From a virus (lineage: Duplodnaviria; Caudoviricetes), in the IMG/VR virus record IMGVR_UViG_3300032330_000294, positions 1-49,629 of that record: a stretch of DNA of 49,629 nt; one strand, given 5' to 3'. Under the pieces are notes generated by a model that was given only the letters and a program-made list of their open reading frames with translations, ran no database searches and had not been told where the DNA came from. The position numbers and the translations under genes were made by a program. This document shows, in pieces, positions 39,341-47,303 of the stretch; positions within the stretch are counted from its first letter, which is position 1; each line of letters starts with the position of its first letter.

Positions 39341-40013
39341 AGAGTTCAAGTGTCGATTCTGTGAAAAAGATTTCGCTAAGGAAAAGACATTAGCAGTACA
39401 TATGTGCGAACCTAAACGTCGTTATATGCAGAAGGACGAACGAAGAGTACAATCTGGATTCTATGTCTACAATCGATTCTATAAGTTAACACAGAATGGT
39501 AAAACAGAAAAGACCTACGAAGAATTCTGCAAGAGCCCATATTATAATGCTTTTGTAAAGTTCGGTAGCTTCATGAGTAACGTTAATCCACTATATCCTG
39601 ACAAATATATTGACTGGGTCGTTAAGAGCCAAGTGCCACTTGACAAATGGTGCAAAGAAGAACTCTATGACAAGTATGTAGTTGATCTAATCAAATCTGA
39701 AAATGTTGAATCAGCTAGTGAACGATCAATTAATACTATGTGCGAGTGGGCTAACAAGAATGAAGCTCAATGGAATCACTATTTCCTTTATGCAAACTTA
39801 AATAGAATAACATACGACATACGAGACGGAAAGGTCAGTCCCTGGATAATGTTAAACAGTGATACGGGAATGAAGGCGCTAAAAAACTTATCAGATGATC
39901 AGTTACAGACTGTGGGTCCAATGATAGATATATCATTCTGGTTAGATAAGTTTAAAGCGAATAGAAATGATACAGAATTTGTAAAGAACATTATAAAGGA
40001 AGCAAAACTATGA
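39276..40013 (+). CDS. Zinc-finger protein, possibly gp59-like helicase loader (start uncertain)
   Basis: FKCRFCEKDFAKEKTLAVHMC zinc finger followed by a helical domain. Confidence 0.6.
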   Translation: MMNLKNLLESSVGQIRRSKISKEFKCRFCEKDFAKEKTLAVHMCEPKRRYMQKDERRVQSGFYVYNRFYKLTQNGKTEKTYEEFCKSPYYNAFVKFGSFMSNVNPLYPDKYIDWVVKSQVPLDKWCKEELYDKYVVDLIKSENVESASERSINTMCEWANKNEAQWNHYFLYANLNRITYDIRDGKVSPWIMLNSDTGMKALKNLSDDQLQTVGPMIDISFWLDKFKANRNDTEFVKNIIKEAKL

Positions 40014-40180
40014 ATCCGGAAGAAGTCGATCTACGATATATCCTTACGCTAGATAAAGACACATTGGAAGTTACTGTTAAGTTTAATGGATTTGAGGATG
40101 CTGAACAGATAGAACAGTTTGGAGATTTCCTAGAAGAGAACTTGCCCTTATTGTTTTTTGATAGTAATGTTAAACACTAA
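40010..40180 (+). CDS. Small acidic protein (56 aa), absent from the ORF track
   Basis: MNPEEVDLRYILTLDKDTLEVTVKFNGFEDAEQIEQFGDFLEENLPLLFFDSNVKH; AAGGAAG RBS; ATGA overlap upstream, TAATG overlap downstream. Confidence 0.7.
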   Translation: MNPEEVDLRYILTLDKDTLEVTVKFNGFEDAEQIEQFGDFLEENLPLLFFDSNVKH

Positions 40181-40755
40181 TGCCTGATATTGATATAGAT
40201 TTCTTTGATCGAACAAAGGCTCTAGATATATTAGAGCATCATATTGCTATGCGTGTACAGAAAGATCAGCCTGTTAAACATAACACGGGTATCTATTTCC
40301 AATCGATCCCACATAATCCATTTACTAATCTAGCAACTATAGATTATAAGGCTGCTGAAGATAGGGGATACTTTAAAGTAGATTTCCTCAATGTTAGTAT
40401 GTATGAAGGTGTACGAGATGAAACACATCTAAAACAATTGCTAGATCAAGAACCACTATGGCATTTATTAGAACATGAAGAAGTGGTTACACAATTATTC
40501 CATATCAGTGAACATCATAATATATTAAAGAAACTAAAGCCAACTAGTATTGAAGAACTAGCAGCAGTATTAGCAATCATACGTCCAGCAAAACGATATT
40601 TGCTCGATAAAGGATGGGATAGGATAAGACAAGAAGTATGGGAAAGACCAGTTGACGATCTATATTTCTTTAAGAGATCACATGCGATCGCATACGCCGC
40701 AGCAATAGTAGTACAACTTAATCTAATATGCGAACGCTTAACGCTTACGGACTAG
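40180..40755 (+). CDS. Miniature DnaE-like (C-family DNA polymerase) catalytic core, 191 aa
   Basis: PDIDIDF, HNTGIYF, GYFKVDFL, ELAAVLAIIRP and FKRSHAIAYA are colinear with DnaE motifs PDxDxDF, HAGGVVI, GLxKxDFL, ALxRPGP and FNKSHxxAYA. Confidence 0.85.
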   Translation: MPDIDIDFFDRTKALDILEHHIAMRVQKDQPVKHNTGIYFQSIPHNPFTNLATIDYKAAEDRGYFKVDFLNVSMYEGVRDETHLKQLLDQEPLWHLLEHEEVVTQLFHISEHHNILKKLKPTSIEELAAVLAIIRPAKRYLLDKGWDRIRQEVWERPVDDLYFFKRSHAIAYAAAIVVQLNLICERLTLTD

Positions 40756-41109
40756 TTGAACTGAACGACGTTTAACTCGTTTCATTATAATGTTATGTAG
40801 ATTAACAACCGGTCCCATGATTATTACTACATCCTTAGTAGCAAAATTCTTTATAGCATAACGGAACACATCCATTTCCTTACGTAAGAAAATGTTTATG
40901 GGCAACATACGGTTTGATTCCCACCACCATACATCACCCAATTCTAAAAAATACTTCTTGTGTTCTTCTGCTTTCAAGATATTATAATCATAAATGCTAG
41001 TTATGTTATTGTCTTGATTGATTACTATGCCTACATATTCTAAATTACCATATGTTATGACAGTGATGAACGGAAACTGATCCTGGATCTTATCTTTTAA
41101 ATTAGTCAT
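40738..41109 (-). CDS. Hypothetical protein (123 aa)
   Basis: Start MTNLKD at 41109 with GGAG upstream; FLELGDVWWWESNRMLPINIFL; TATAAATA on minus at 41150-41157. Confidence 0.65.
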   Translation of the reverse strand: MTNLKDKIQDQFPFITVITYGNLEYVGIVINQDNNITSIYDYNILKAEEHKKYFLELGDVWWWESNRMLPINIFLRKEMDVFRYAIKNFATKDVVIIMGPVVNLHNIIMKRVKRRSVQLVRKR

Positions 41110-41131
41110 AAATATAAAAAGGGCTCCAAAT

Positions 41132-41893
41132 ATGTTAAAACAAGCTGCGTATTTATACAAGAACCTCCAGACTCTTTACACAGATCTGGAGCCTTTGGAC
41201 ATGGGATATAGAAAAATGTACACAAGAAACATGAAATTGTATAAAGGTATTGATAATAGTTTCCAAATTAAACTACTTAATGGGGATCAAAAACTAATCA
41301 ATGCTGTAGGACAGACTCTATCTTGGGTGCTGCTAGATAGAAACACTGCTGAATTAAAATGTATGCTTACAAAGACAGTAGAAGGTAGTGATAATAGTTT
41401 AGTGTCTTTTACAATAAACGAAAGCGATCTAGAACCGATCAACGGCGGTATGTATATGTATAGTGCTTATCTCACAGATGATAATGGCAAAAAAACTATA
41501 CTGTATGGAGATAGTCAATATGGAGCAAGTGTTCCTGTACAGATTATAAGCAATAGTTTCCCACAAGTGTATCCTTCAATCGTGCTAGATGCTTTTACAA
41601 CAACACCTAGTGGAAAGTATACTTCAGCAGTTAATGCTAGACCAGAACTAAACGGTAAGAACAATGCCCTACATACAGCAGCAATCTATAGCACAGGATA
41701 TACTGGAACTGTTAATATAGAAGTTACACTAAACAACGAAAGCAATCAAGGTTGGGCGATACTTGATACTGTTGATATATACGATAACTTACAATATGTA
41801 AACTTTACCGGAGTCTTTACATTTGTCCGATTCCGCACAGTGGACGATCCTAGCAATACAGGCACGGTTGACAAGATCCTCTATAGAAGCTAA
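41132..41893 (+). CDS. Hypothetical beta-rich protein (253 aa), possibly structural
   Basis: TAAATA at 41109; YKGIDNSFQIKLLNGDQK; ends GTVDKILYRS. Confidence 0.6.
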   Translation: MLKQAAYLYKNLQTLYTDLEPLDMGYRKMYTRNMKLYKGIDNSFQIKLLNGDQKLINAVGQTLSWVLLDRNTAELKCMLTKTVEGSDNSLVSFTINESDLEPINGGMYMYSAYLTDDNGKKTILYGDSQYGASVPVQIISNSFPQVYPSIVLDAFTTTPSGKYTSAVNARPELNGKNNALHTAAIYSTGYTGTVNIEVTLNNESNQGWAILDTVDIYDNLQYVNFTGVFTFVRFRTVDDPSNTGTVDKILYRS

Positions 41894-41896
41894 AAT
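41868..41896 (+). promoter_or_regulatory. sigma70-type promoter for primase
   Basis: TTGACA-N17-TAAAAT; ATG at 41903. Confidence 0.75.
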
Positions 41897-41902
41897 GCTT
41901 AT

Positions 41903-42868
41903 ATGTCAGTGTATGATGAACTACTTGCTCTGCTTCCGCAAAGAAAGCAAACCTCCAGTGGGTGGGTTAGCTTCAATGCCCCATGCTGTGTCCACAATGG
42001 TGATAGCAGAGATACTAAGAAGCGCGGTGGACTGATCCGCACTGATGATGGCGGAGCAAGCTATCACTGCTTTAACTGTGGATGGAAGGCTAGTTGGAGA
42101 CCAGGACGCAATCTAGGTAAACGTATGCAGGATCTGCTACGCTGGCTAGGTGCCAGTGATGATCAAGTTAATAGGATCACATTTGAATGTCTAAAGATAG
42201 AAGCAGGTAAGAAGTCTAAAGACATTATTGCTATCCCAGAGTTTACGCCTAGAGACATGCCCAAGAACTCACGATTGATCACAGAGGATCTAATACTAGA
42301 AGATGATCGTGTTATACCTGTAGTAGAATACATCTATGCTAGAGGTTTGACTCTAGAGGACTGTGACTTCTATTGGAGCGATCATCCTGGATATGCTGAT
42401 AGATTCATAATACCCTTAACAGTAGATCGTAAGATAATGGGCTACATTGCTCGCAAGTGTAGAGAAGGTAAACCAAAGTATCTAACTGAACACCCTCCTC
42501 ATATCGTATTCAATCTAGATAAGCAACCCTATGATCGTAAGTTCGTGCTAGTGTTCGAAGGTAGTATCGATGCTATCATGATGGGAGGCATTGCTGTACT
42601 TACTAATGAGATTAGTCCAGAACAATCACTACAGATCAATCAGCTAGGTAAACAAGTTATCGTTGTTCCAGATCAGGATAAAGCAGGTGAGACTATGGCT
42701 AGACAAGCTATCGACCTAGGATGGAGTATCGCTTTCCCAAACTGGGATACTGATATTAAAGATGCAGGTGATGCTATTAAACGTTATGGGCGTCTAGCCA
42801 CTATGATAAGTATCATGAAGAACGTAGAAACTACTGAACTTAAATCTAAACTAAGGATGAAATTATGA
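41903..42868 (+). CDS. DNA primase (T4 gp61-like)
   Basis: Zinc motif PCC...YHCFNCG; TOPRIM VFEGSIDA, VPDQDKAG, KDAGD. Confidence 0.9.
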   Translation: MSVYDELLALLPQRKQTSSGWVSFNAPCCVHNGDSRDTKKRGGLIRTDDGGASYHCFNCGWKASWRPGRNLGKRMQDLLRWLGASDDQVNRITFECLKIEAGKKSKDIIAIPEFTPRDMPKNSRLITEDLILEDDRVIPVVEYIYARGLTLEDCDFYWSDHPGYADRFIIPLTVDRKIMGYIARKCREGKPKYLTEHPPHIVFNLDKQPYDRKFVLVFEGSIDAIMMGGIAVLTNEISPEQSLQINQLGKQVIVVPDQDKAGETMARQAIDLGWSIAFPNWDTDIKDAGDAIKRYGRLATMISIMKNVETTELKSKLRMKL

Positions 42869-42978
42869 AGAAGATATGGGAATGGCTATCGTGGCCAATG
42901 CGTACATATATGGAACGACGTAGACTTCGCAAGCGCATAGAAGAGTTGCGCAAGAGAGATCCGTTTATCTACAGATGA
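42865..42978 (+). CDS. 37-aa basic peptide ending DPFIYR, absent from the ORF track
   Basis: MKKIWEWLSWPMRTYMERRRLRKRIEELRKRDPFIYR; AAGGA RBS; ATGA overlaps at both ends. Confidence 0.7.
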   Translation: MKKIWEWLSWPMRTYMERRRLRKRIEELRKRDPFIYR

Positions 42979-44435
42979 TTATCTGGGGCATCTCAGGCAA
43001 TAGCCACGACGCTTCTATCGCCGTATTCGATGATGAGAAGCTGCTCTTCGCTAGCCAGACAGAACGATTCACTGGAAAGAAGAACGATAGAGACCTATCA
43101 ACTTCTATGGTCCGTCGATTGATAAATCATTACGGACATCCAAGCCGTATCTGTTGGTATGAACGTCCCTTCATGAAGTCACTAAGGCAACTATGGGCAG
43201 GTCAAGGATTTCGCTTTCAACAAAACAATATCGAAGAATATCTAAAGAAGTTTGGTATCGAAGATGTTCCTATAACCTACATTGATCATCATCATTCACA
43301 TGCTGCTGCTGCATTCTATACTGCTCCATGGCCTGAGTGTGCTATACTATGTATAGATAGCATAGGTGAATGGAATACGACAAGCATATGGAAAGGTCGT
43401 AGTGGCTATCTAAAGAAGAAATGGACTAAGAACTTTCCTGATAGTCTAGGACTGTTCTATAGTGCTATGACACAACGTATAGGACTCAAACCACAAGAAG
43501 ACGAATACATCCTTATGGGTATGGCAGCATACGGTGATCCTACGAGATTAAAGGATCGTATACTAGAAGATATGTGGAATAATAGTAAACTAACTGTTAA
43601 TCTACATAGAGGTTGCGCACATTGGGCAGAAGAACTAAATGGTATACAGGATCTATTTGATATAGCTGCTGCTACACAGAGCATCTATGAAGATCGGTTC
43701 CGTGAACTACTACAGAAGACTAAAGACTTAACTGGCGCTACACGTATAGCATTAGCAGGTGGATGTGCCCTCAACTGCCTAGCTAATACTCTAGCTTGGG
43801 AATACTTTGACGATGTTTGGATCTTTCCTAATCCGGGTGATAGCGGGTCAAGCGTAGGTGCAGTACTTGCGCATACTTGCTATAATCTAACGTGGGAGAA
43901 CTGCTATACAGGATACGATATCACAGGAAAGTATCCCGTAGACTACGTGTTAAAGGATCTACTAAAAGGTATTCCAGTTGGAGTAGCCAATGGTAGAGCA
44001 GAGTTTGGTCCTAGAGCACTCGGTAATAGAAGCCTATTAGCTGATCCTAGATCAGATGTTATTAAGGTCAAAGTAAACGATATCAAGAAACGACAACAGT
44101 TCCGTCCATTTGCTCCTGCTATCCTAGAAGAACATGCCGATGAATACTTTGATCTCAAGTATCCATCACGCTTTATGCAGTATGCTGTTAAATGTACTAG
44201 ACCAGATGAACTACCTGCTATCATACATCACGACAATACTAGCAGAGTACAGACTGTTCCAAAAGATGGAAGTGGCTTTAGACAACTGCTCGAAGCATGG
44301 TATGATGCTACTGGATGTCCTGTGCTACTTAACACTAGCTTAAACATCAAGGGACAGCCTATCGCAAACGATCGTAGAGATGCAGATCTATTCAGCAAGT
44401 ACTACAACGTTCCGGTACACACTGCCCAAATATAA
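42975..44435 (+). CDS. NodU/CmcH-family O-carbamoyltransferase
   Basis: HDASIA, ERFTGKK, HHHSHAAAAF, MGMAAYG, GGCALNC.AN, PGDSG, EFGPRALGNRS, RQQFRPFAP, SRVQTV, LLNTSLN. Confidence 0.95.
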   Translation: MIIWGISGNSHDASIAVFDDEKLLFASQTERFTGKKNDRDLSTSMVRRLINHYGHPSRICWYERPFMKSLRQLWAGQGFRFQQNNIEEYLKKFGIEDVPITYIDHHHSHAAAAFYTAPWPECAILCIDSIGEWNTTSIWKGRSGYLKKKWTKNFPDSLGLFYSAMTQRIGLKPQEDEYILMGMAAYGDPTRLKDRILEDMWNNSKLTVNLHRGCAHWAEELNGIQDLFDIAAATQSIYEDRFRELLQKTKDLTGATRIALAGGCALNCLANTLAWEYFDDVWIFPNPGDSGSSVGAVLAHTCYNLTWENCYTGYDITGKYPVDYVLKDLLKGIPVGVANGRAEFGPRALGNRSLLADPRSDVIKVKVNDIKKRQQFRPFAPAILEEHADEYFDLKYPSRFMQYAVKCTRPDELPAIIHHDNTSRVQTVPKDGSGFRQLLEAWYDATGCPVLLNTSLNIKGQPIANDRRDADLFSKYYNVPVHTAQI

Positions 44436-44437
44436 GA

Positions 44438-44466
44438 TTGAGTCTAACAACAAGAGGTACTATAGT
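44438..44466 (+). promoter_or_regulatory. sigma70-type promoter for helicase
   Basis: TTGAGT-N17-TATAGT; ATG at 44472. Confidence 0.55.
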
Positions 44467-44471
44467 ATAGT

Positions 44472-45869
44472 ATGGCTGATTATAATTACGACATACAGAA
44501 GTTATATCTAGAAATGTTCCTAGCAGATGCTGAAAGCTTCGTGCGAGTACAGAACATATTCGAACATGAGAGCTTTGATCGTAAACTACAGCCAATAGCA
44601 AAGTATCTTAAGGAATATGTAGACAAGTATAAAGTGATGCCTGAACTGCGAATCGTTAAAGCGGAAACAGGTGTAGACTTACAAGATGCTACAGATATCC
44701 CTAAAGAAAACTATGATTGGCTACTAGATGAGTTTGAACGCTTCTCTAGACACAAAGCTCTAGAAAGAGCTATCCTAGCCAGTGCTGACTTACTTGAAAA
44801 AGGTGATTATGGTCCGGTGGAGAAGATGATCAAAGACGCAGTACAGATAAGCCTAGCTAAAGATATGGGTACAGACTACTTCGCAAACCCAAGGGAGAGA
44901 CTATTAATGTTGAAAGATAACAATGGACAGATAAGCACAGGGTGGAAAGCTATCGATCAGAAGCTATACGGTGGATTCAATAGGGGAGAACTAAACATCT
45001 TCTGCGGTGGTTCGGGCGCAGGTAAGAGTCTATTCCTACAGAATCTGGCTGTGAACTTCGCGAGCGTTGGACTTAATGTACTATACTTGACATTCGAACT
45101 TAGTGAAGCACTGACTAGTATGCGTATCGACAGCATGATCACAGGTATCATTACACGAGAGATCTTTAAGAGCATCGATGAAGTAGAACTTAAAGTTAAG
45201 GTAGCAGGTAAGAAGAGTGGCGCTATACAGGTCAAGTATATGCCCAGTGGTAAGAACGTAAATGACCTACGTGCCTATGTCAAAGAGTATAGCATCCGCA
45301 AGGGATATACTCCAGACGTTATCCTAATCGACTATCTAGATCTATTGATGCCCATATCGATCAAGATCAGTCCTGAGAATCTATTCATCAAAGACAAGTA
45401 TGTATCAGAAGAACTGCGTAACTTTGCTATGGAGATCAAAGCTATCACTGTAACAGCGAGTCAGCTGAACAGAGCAGCAGTAGAAGAAGTAGAGTTTGAT
45501 CATAGCCATATCAGTGGTGGACTAAGTAAGATCCAGACAGCAGATAACGTGATTGGTATCTTTACATCTAGAGCTATGCGTGAGCGTGGACGTTATCAGA
45601 TACAGTTTATGAAGACTAGAAGTTCAAGTGGTGTTGGACAGAAGGTTGATCTAGCATTTGATCCAGATACACTACGTATCACAGACTGTGATGAGGCAGA
45701 AGAAGATAGTAACCCTCAGGGCGGACGTAGCAGGATCGCTGATAGCATCAAAGCACGTACTACTGTTAAAGCAGAAGAAGACCCTATTAAAGAAGTAGCT
45801 AAGGTACGAGCACAGACTGGAGGGTCTAAGCTACGTGAGCTACTTAATAACATTGGAGACGAGTTATAA
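44472..45869 (+). CDS. Replicative DnaB-like helicase (T4 gp41-like)
   Basis: STGW..ID..LYGG, GGSGAGKS, TFELSE, ILIDYLDL, TASQLNR, MKTRS. Confidence 0.93.
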   Translation: MADYNYDIQKLYLEMFLADAESFVRVQNIFEHESFDRKLQPIAKYLKEYVDKYKVMPELRIVKAETGVDLQDATDIPKENYDWLLDEFERFSRHKALERAILASADLLEKGDYGPVEKMIKDAVQISLAKDMGTDYFANPRERLLMLKDNNGQISTGWKAIDQKLYGGFNRGELNIFCGGSGAGKSLFLQNLAVNFASVGLNVLYLTFELSEALTSMRIDSMITGIITREIFKSIDEVELKVKVAGKKSGAIQVKYMPSGKNVNDLRAYVKEYSIRKGYTPDVILIDYLDLLMPISIKISPENLFIKDKYVSEELRNFAMEIKAITVTASQLNRAAVEEVEFDHSHISGGLSKIQTADNVIGIFTSRAMRERGRYQIQFMKTRSSSGVGQKVDLAFDPDTLRITDCDEAEEDSNPQGGRSRIADSIKARTTVKAEEDPIKEVAKVRAQTGGSKLRELLNNIGDEL

Positions 45870-45897
45870 AAAAACGGGCTATATGCCCGTTTAATTT
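45867..45897. terminator. Bidirectional terminator between convergent genes
   Basis: AAAAAAACGGGC-TATAT-GCCCGTTTAATTT. Confidence 0.75.
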
Positions 45898-45997
45898 ATA
45901 GTGTGCGCATCATCTCTAATGCTTGCTTATAATCGCCCATCTGGGCTAATTGGCTAGCTCTTAAAGCTATATCTAATAAAGCAAAGAATGAGCTCAT
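45896..45997 (-). CDS. 33-aa peptide coupled to the DUF1127 gene, absent from the ORF track
   Basis: MSSFFALLDIALRASQLAQMGDYKQALEMMRTL; ATGA overlap; ends at the terminator. Confidence 0.55.
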   Translation of the reverse strand: MSSFFALLDIALRASQLAQMGDYKQALEMMRTL

Positions 45998-46155
45998 CGG
46001 GCATATCCTGCTGAGGACTTGGCTACTTCATAGATATCACAGCGTGATAATCCTAAATCAGCTAGCTCCCTGTCATTTAGCATAGCTAACTCTGATAGAG
46101 CCTTGCGGTAACGGCTGTACTCTTTAAACTTCTGTACGATCTTTGTAATTGACAT
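45994..46155 (-). CDS. DUF1127 (YjiS-like) small protein, 53 aa
   Basis: RYRKALSELAMLNDRELADLGLSRCDI; GGGAG RBS before ATG 46155. Confidence 0.88.
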   Translation of the reverse strand: MSITKIVQKFKEYSRYRKALSELAMLNDRELADLGLSRCDIYEVAKSSAGYAR

Positions 46156-46263
46156 CTTTATTCTCCCTGTGTGTGATGTTTTTAAGTATACAGGGTATTT
46201 ATCACAAGAACAAGGCAAATATGCTGCGTCGCAACACAACCCTGCTATGCGTAAAGGTAATAG

Positions 46264-46635
46264 CTATATGCCGTACTTGTTTTTTTTGATTTTAGCAACA
46301 GTGCTGGTCTTGTTAACATCAGCAGTTTCTAAACTACGATTGTTACTCCAAGTTTGGCGCTTACCACCACCTACTTGTGCAGCAGCAGCATTGATGATAG
46401 CATTCTCTTCATCAGTATATGGTGCTAGTAATGGATCGCCACCAATCCAGTTGTCTGCTTCTATCTTAGTAGGGAAGTCTGGAGCACCTGCCAACGCAAT
46501 ACCAAAACGATAGCCTAGATACTGGCTACCACTGTTCATATTCATGTCAGGGAAGGTTGAAGCATTCTTAATAGCAGCCTTATGGGTGTGATCCATCTGC
46601 TTAGTTTCTTCGTTAATGAACTCTTTTGCTCTCAT
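46264..46635 (-). CDS. Hypothetical late protein (123 aa), probable capsid-targeted internal protein
   Basis: N-terminus MRAKEFINE; TAAATA 5 nt upstream. Confidence 0.6.
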   Translation of the reverse strand: MRAKEFINEETKQMDHTHKAAIKNASTFPDMNMNSGSQYLGYRFGIALAGAPDFPTKIEADNWIGGDPLLAPYTDEENAIINAAAAQVGGGKRQTWSNNRSLETADVNKTSTVAKIKKNKYGI

Positions 46636-46664
46636 GCATTTATTTACCTAATAAATAAACAAAC

Positions 46665-46880
46665 ATGACAAAGATACTATTCATCCAAGACATATACGAT
46701 CTAAGAACACGCAAACAAGAAGAACTAGCATTCTATCATCTAGAACTAGAGAAACTACAACTCAAGATGAACTATATACGTGTAGAAATGGATCTTACTA
46801 ATCGTATTATAGATATGATTGAAAGTGAAAGCGTGACAGACCTTAGAGATTGGCTGAAGCCCGAGTCCGCAAAGCGGTAA
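46665..46880 (+). CDS. Small coiled-coil hypothetical protein (71 aa)
   Basis: TAAATA at 46652; heptad-like RKQEELAFYHLELEKLQLKM. Confidence 0.6.
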   Translation: MTKILFIQDIYDLRTRKQEELAFYHLELEKLQLKMNYIRVEMDLTNRIIDMIESESVTDLRDWLKPESAKR

Positions 46881-46902
46881 CGCGGTTTTTAAGCAGATTT
46901 TT

Positions 46903-47043
46903 TCACTCTCTTATAACTGCTAGTATTATAAGTCTCAACATGTTAACTAAACCGCCATCCGTTAACTCATTAAGCCAATAGGCTATGGCTAATACTATCA
47001 TAGAACATAGAGCAAACATAAAACGATTAAAGACTATAAACAT
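46903..47043 (-). CDS. 46-aa hydrophobic peptide, absent from the ORF track
   Basis: MFIVFNRFMFALCSMIVLAIAYWLNELTDGGLVNMLRLIILAVIRE; TAATG coupling to the upstream ORF. Confidence 0.45.
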   Translation of the reverse strand: MFIVFNRFMFALCSMIVLAIAYWLNELTDGGLVNMLRLIILAVIRE

Positions 47044-47303
47044 TAGTCTTTACTTCGCAATATATCAAAGATATTCATAGCATACTCTACTTCTACTATA
47101 GCAGGAATATAGTCTATGTCTCTATCAGCTAGATTACTATAACTAGACTCACGGTAATAGACAGTACGTAACCACGTCCACTTGTATACAGCACGGTCCC
47201 CTACAACTGTTGGATGGCTGAGCTTTATACGTTCAGGAAACCATAAGAACCGTTCACGCCACGGTGTCCACACTTTAACATAGTCTATGCCACCGAGGTT
47301 CAT
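47043..47303 (-). CDS. Hypothetical protein (86 aa)
   Basis: Coupled ORF; W.PWRERFLWFP..KWTWLRTVYYR. Confidence 0.6.
   Translation of the reverse strand: MNLGGIDYVKVWTPWRERFLWFPERIKLSHPTVVGDRAVYKWTWLRTVYYRESSYSNLADRDIDYIPAIVEVEYAMNIFDILRSKD

Noticed and set aside
28500-45869. Inteins or introns in terminase, UvsX, UvsW, primase or helicase
   Set aside because: All have normal lengths and contiguous motifs; no splice-junction or homing-endonuclease signatures.
45870-46000. Cuckoo-type (CCUCCUCCC) sRNAs often found downstream of DUF1127 genes
   Set aside because: No CCTCCTCCC motif downstream on the minus strand; the space holds a small ORF and a terminator.
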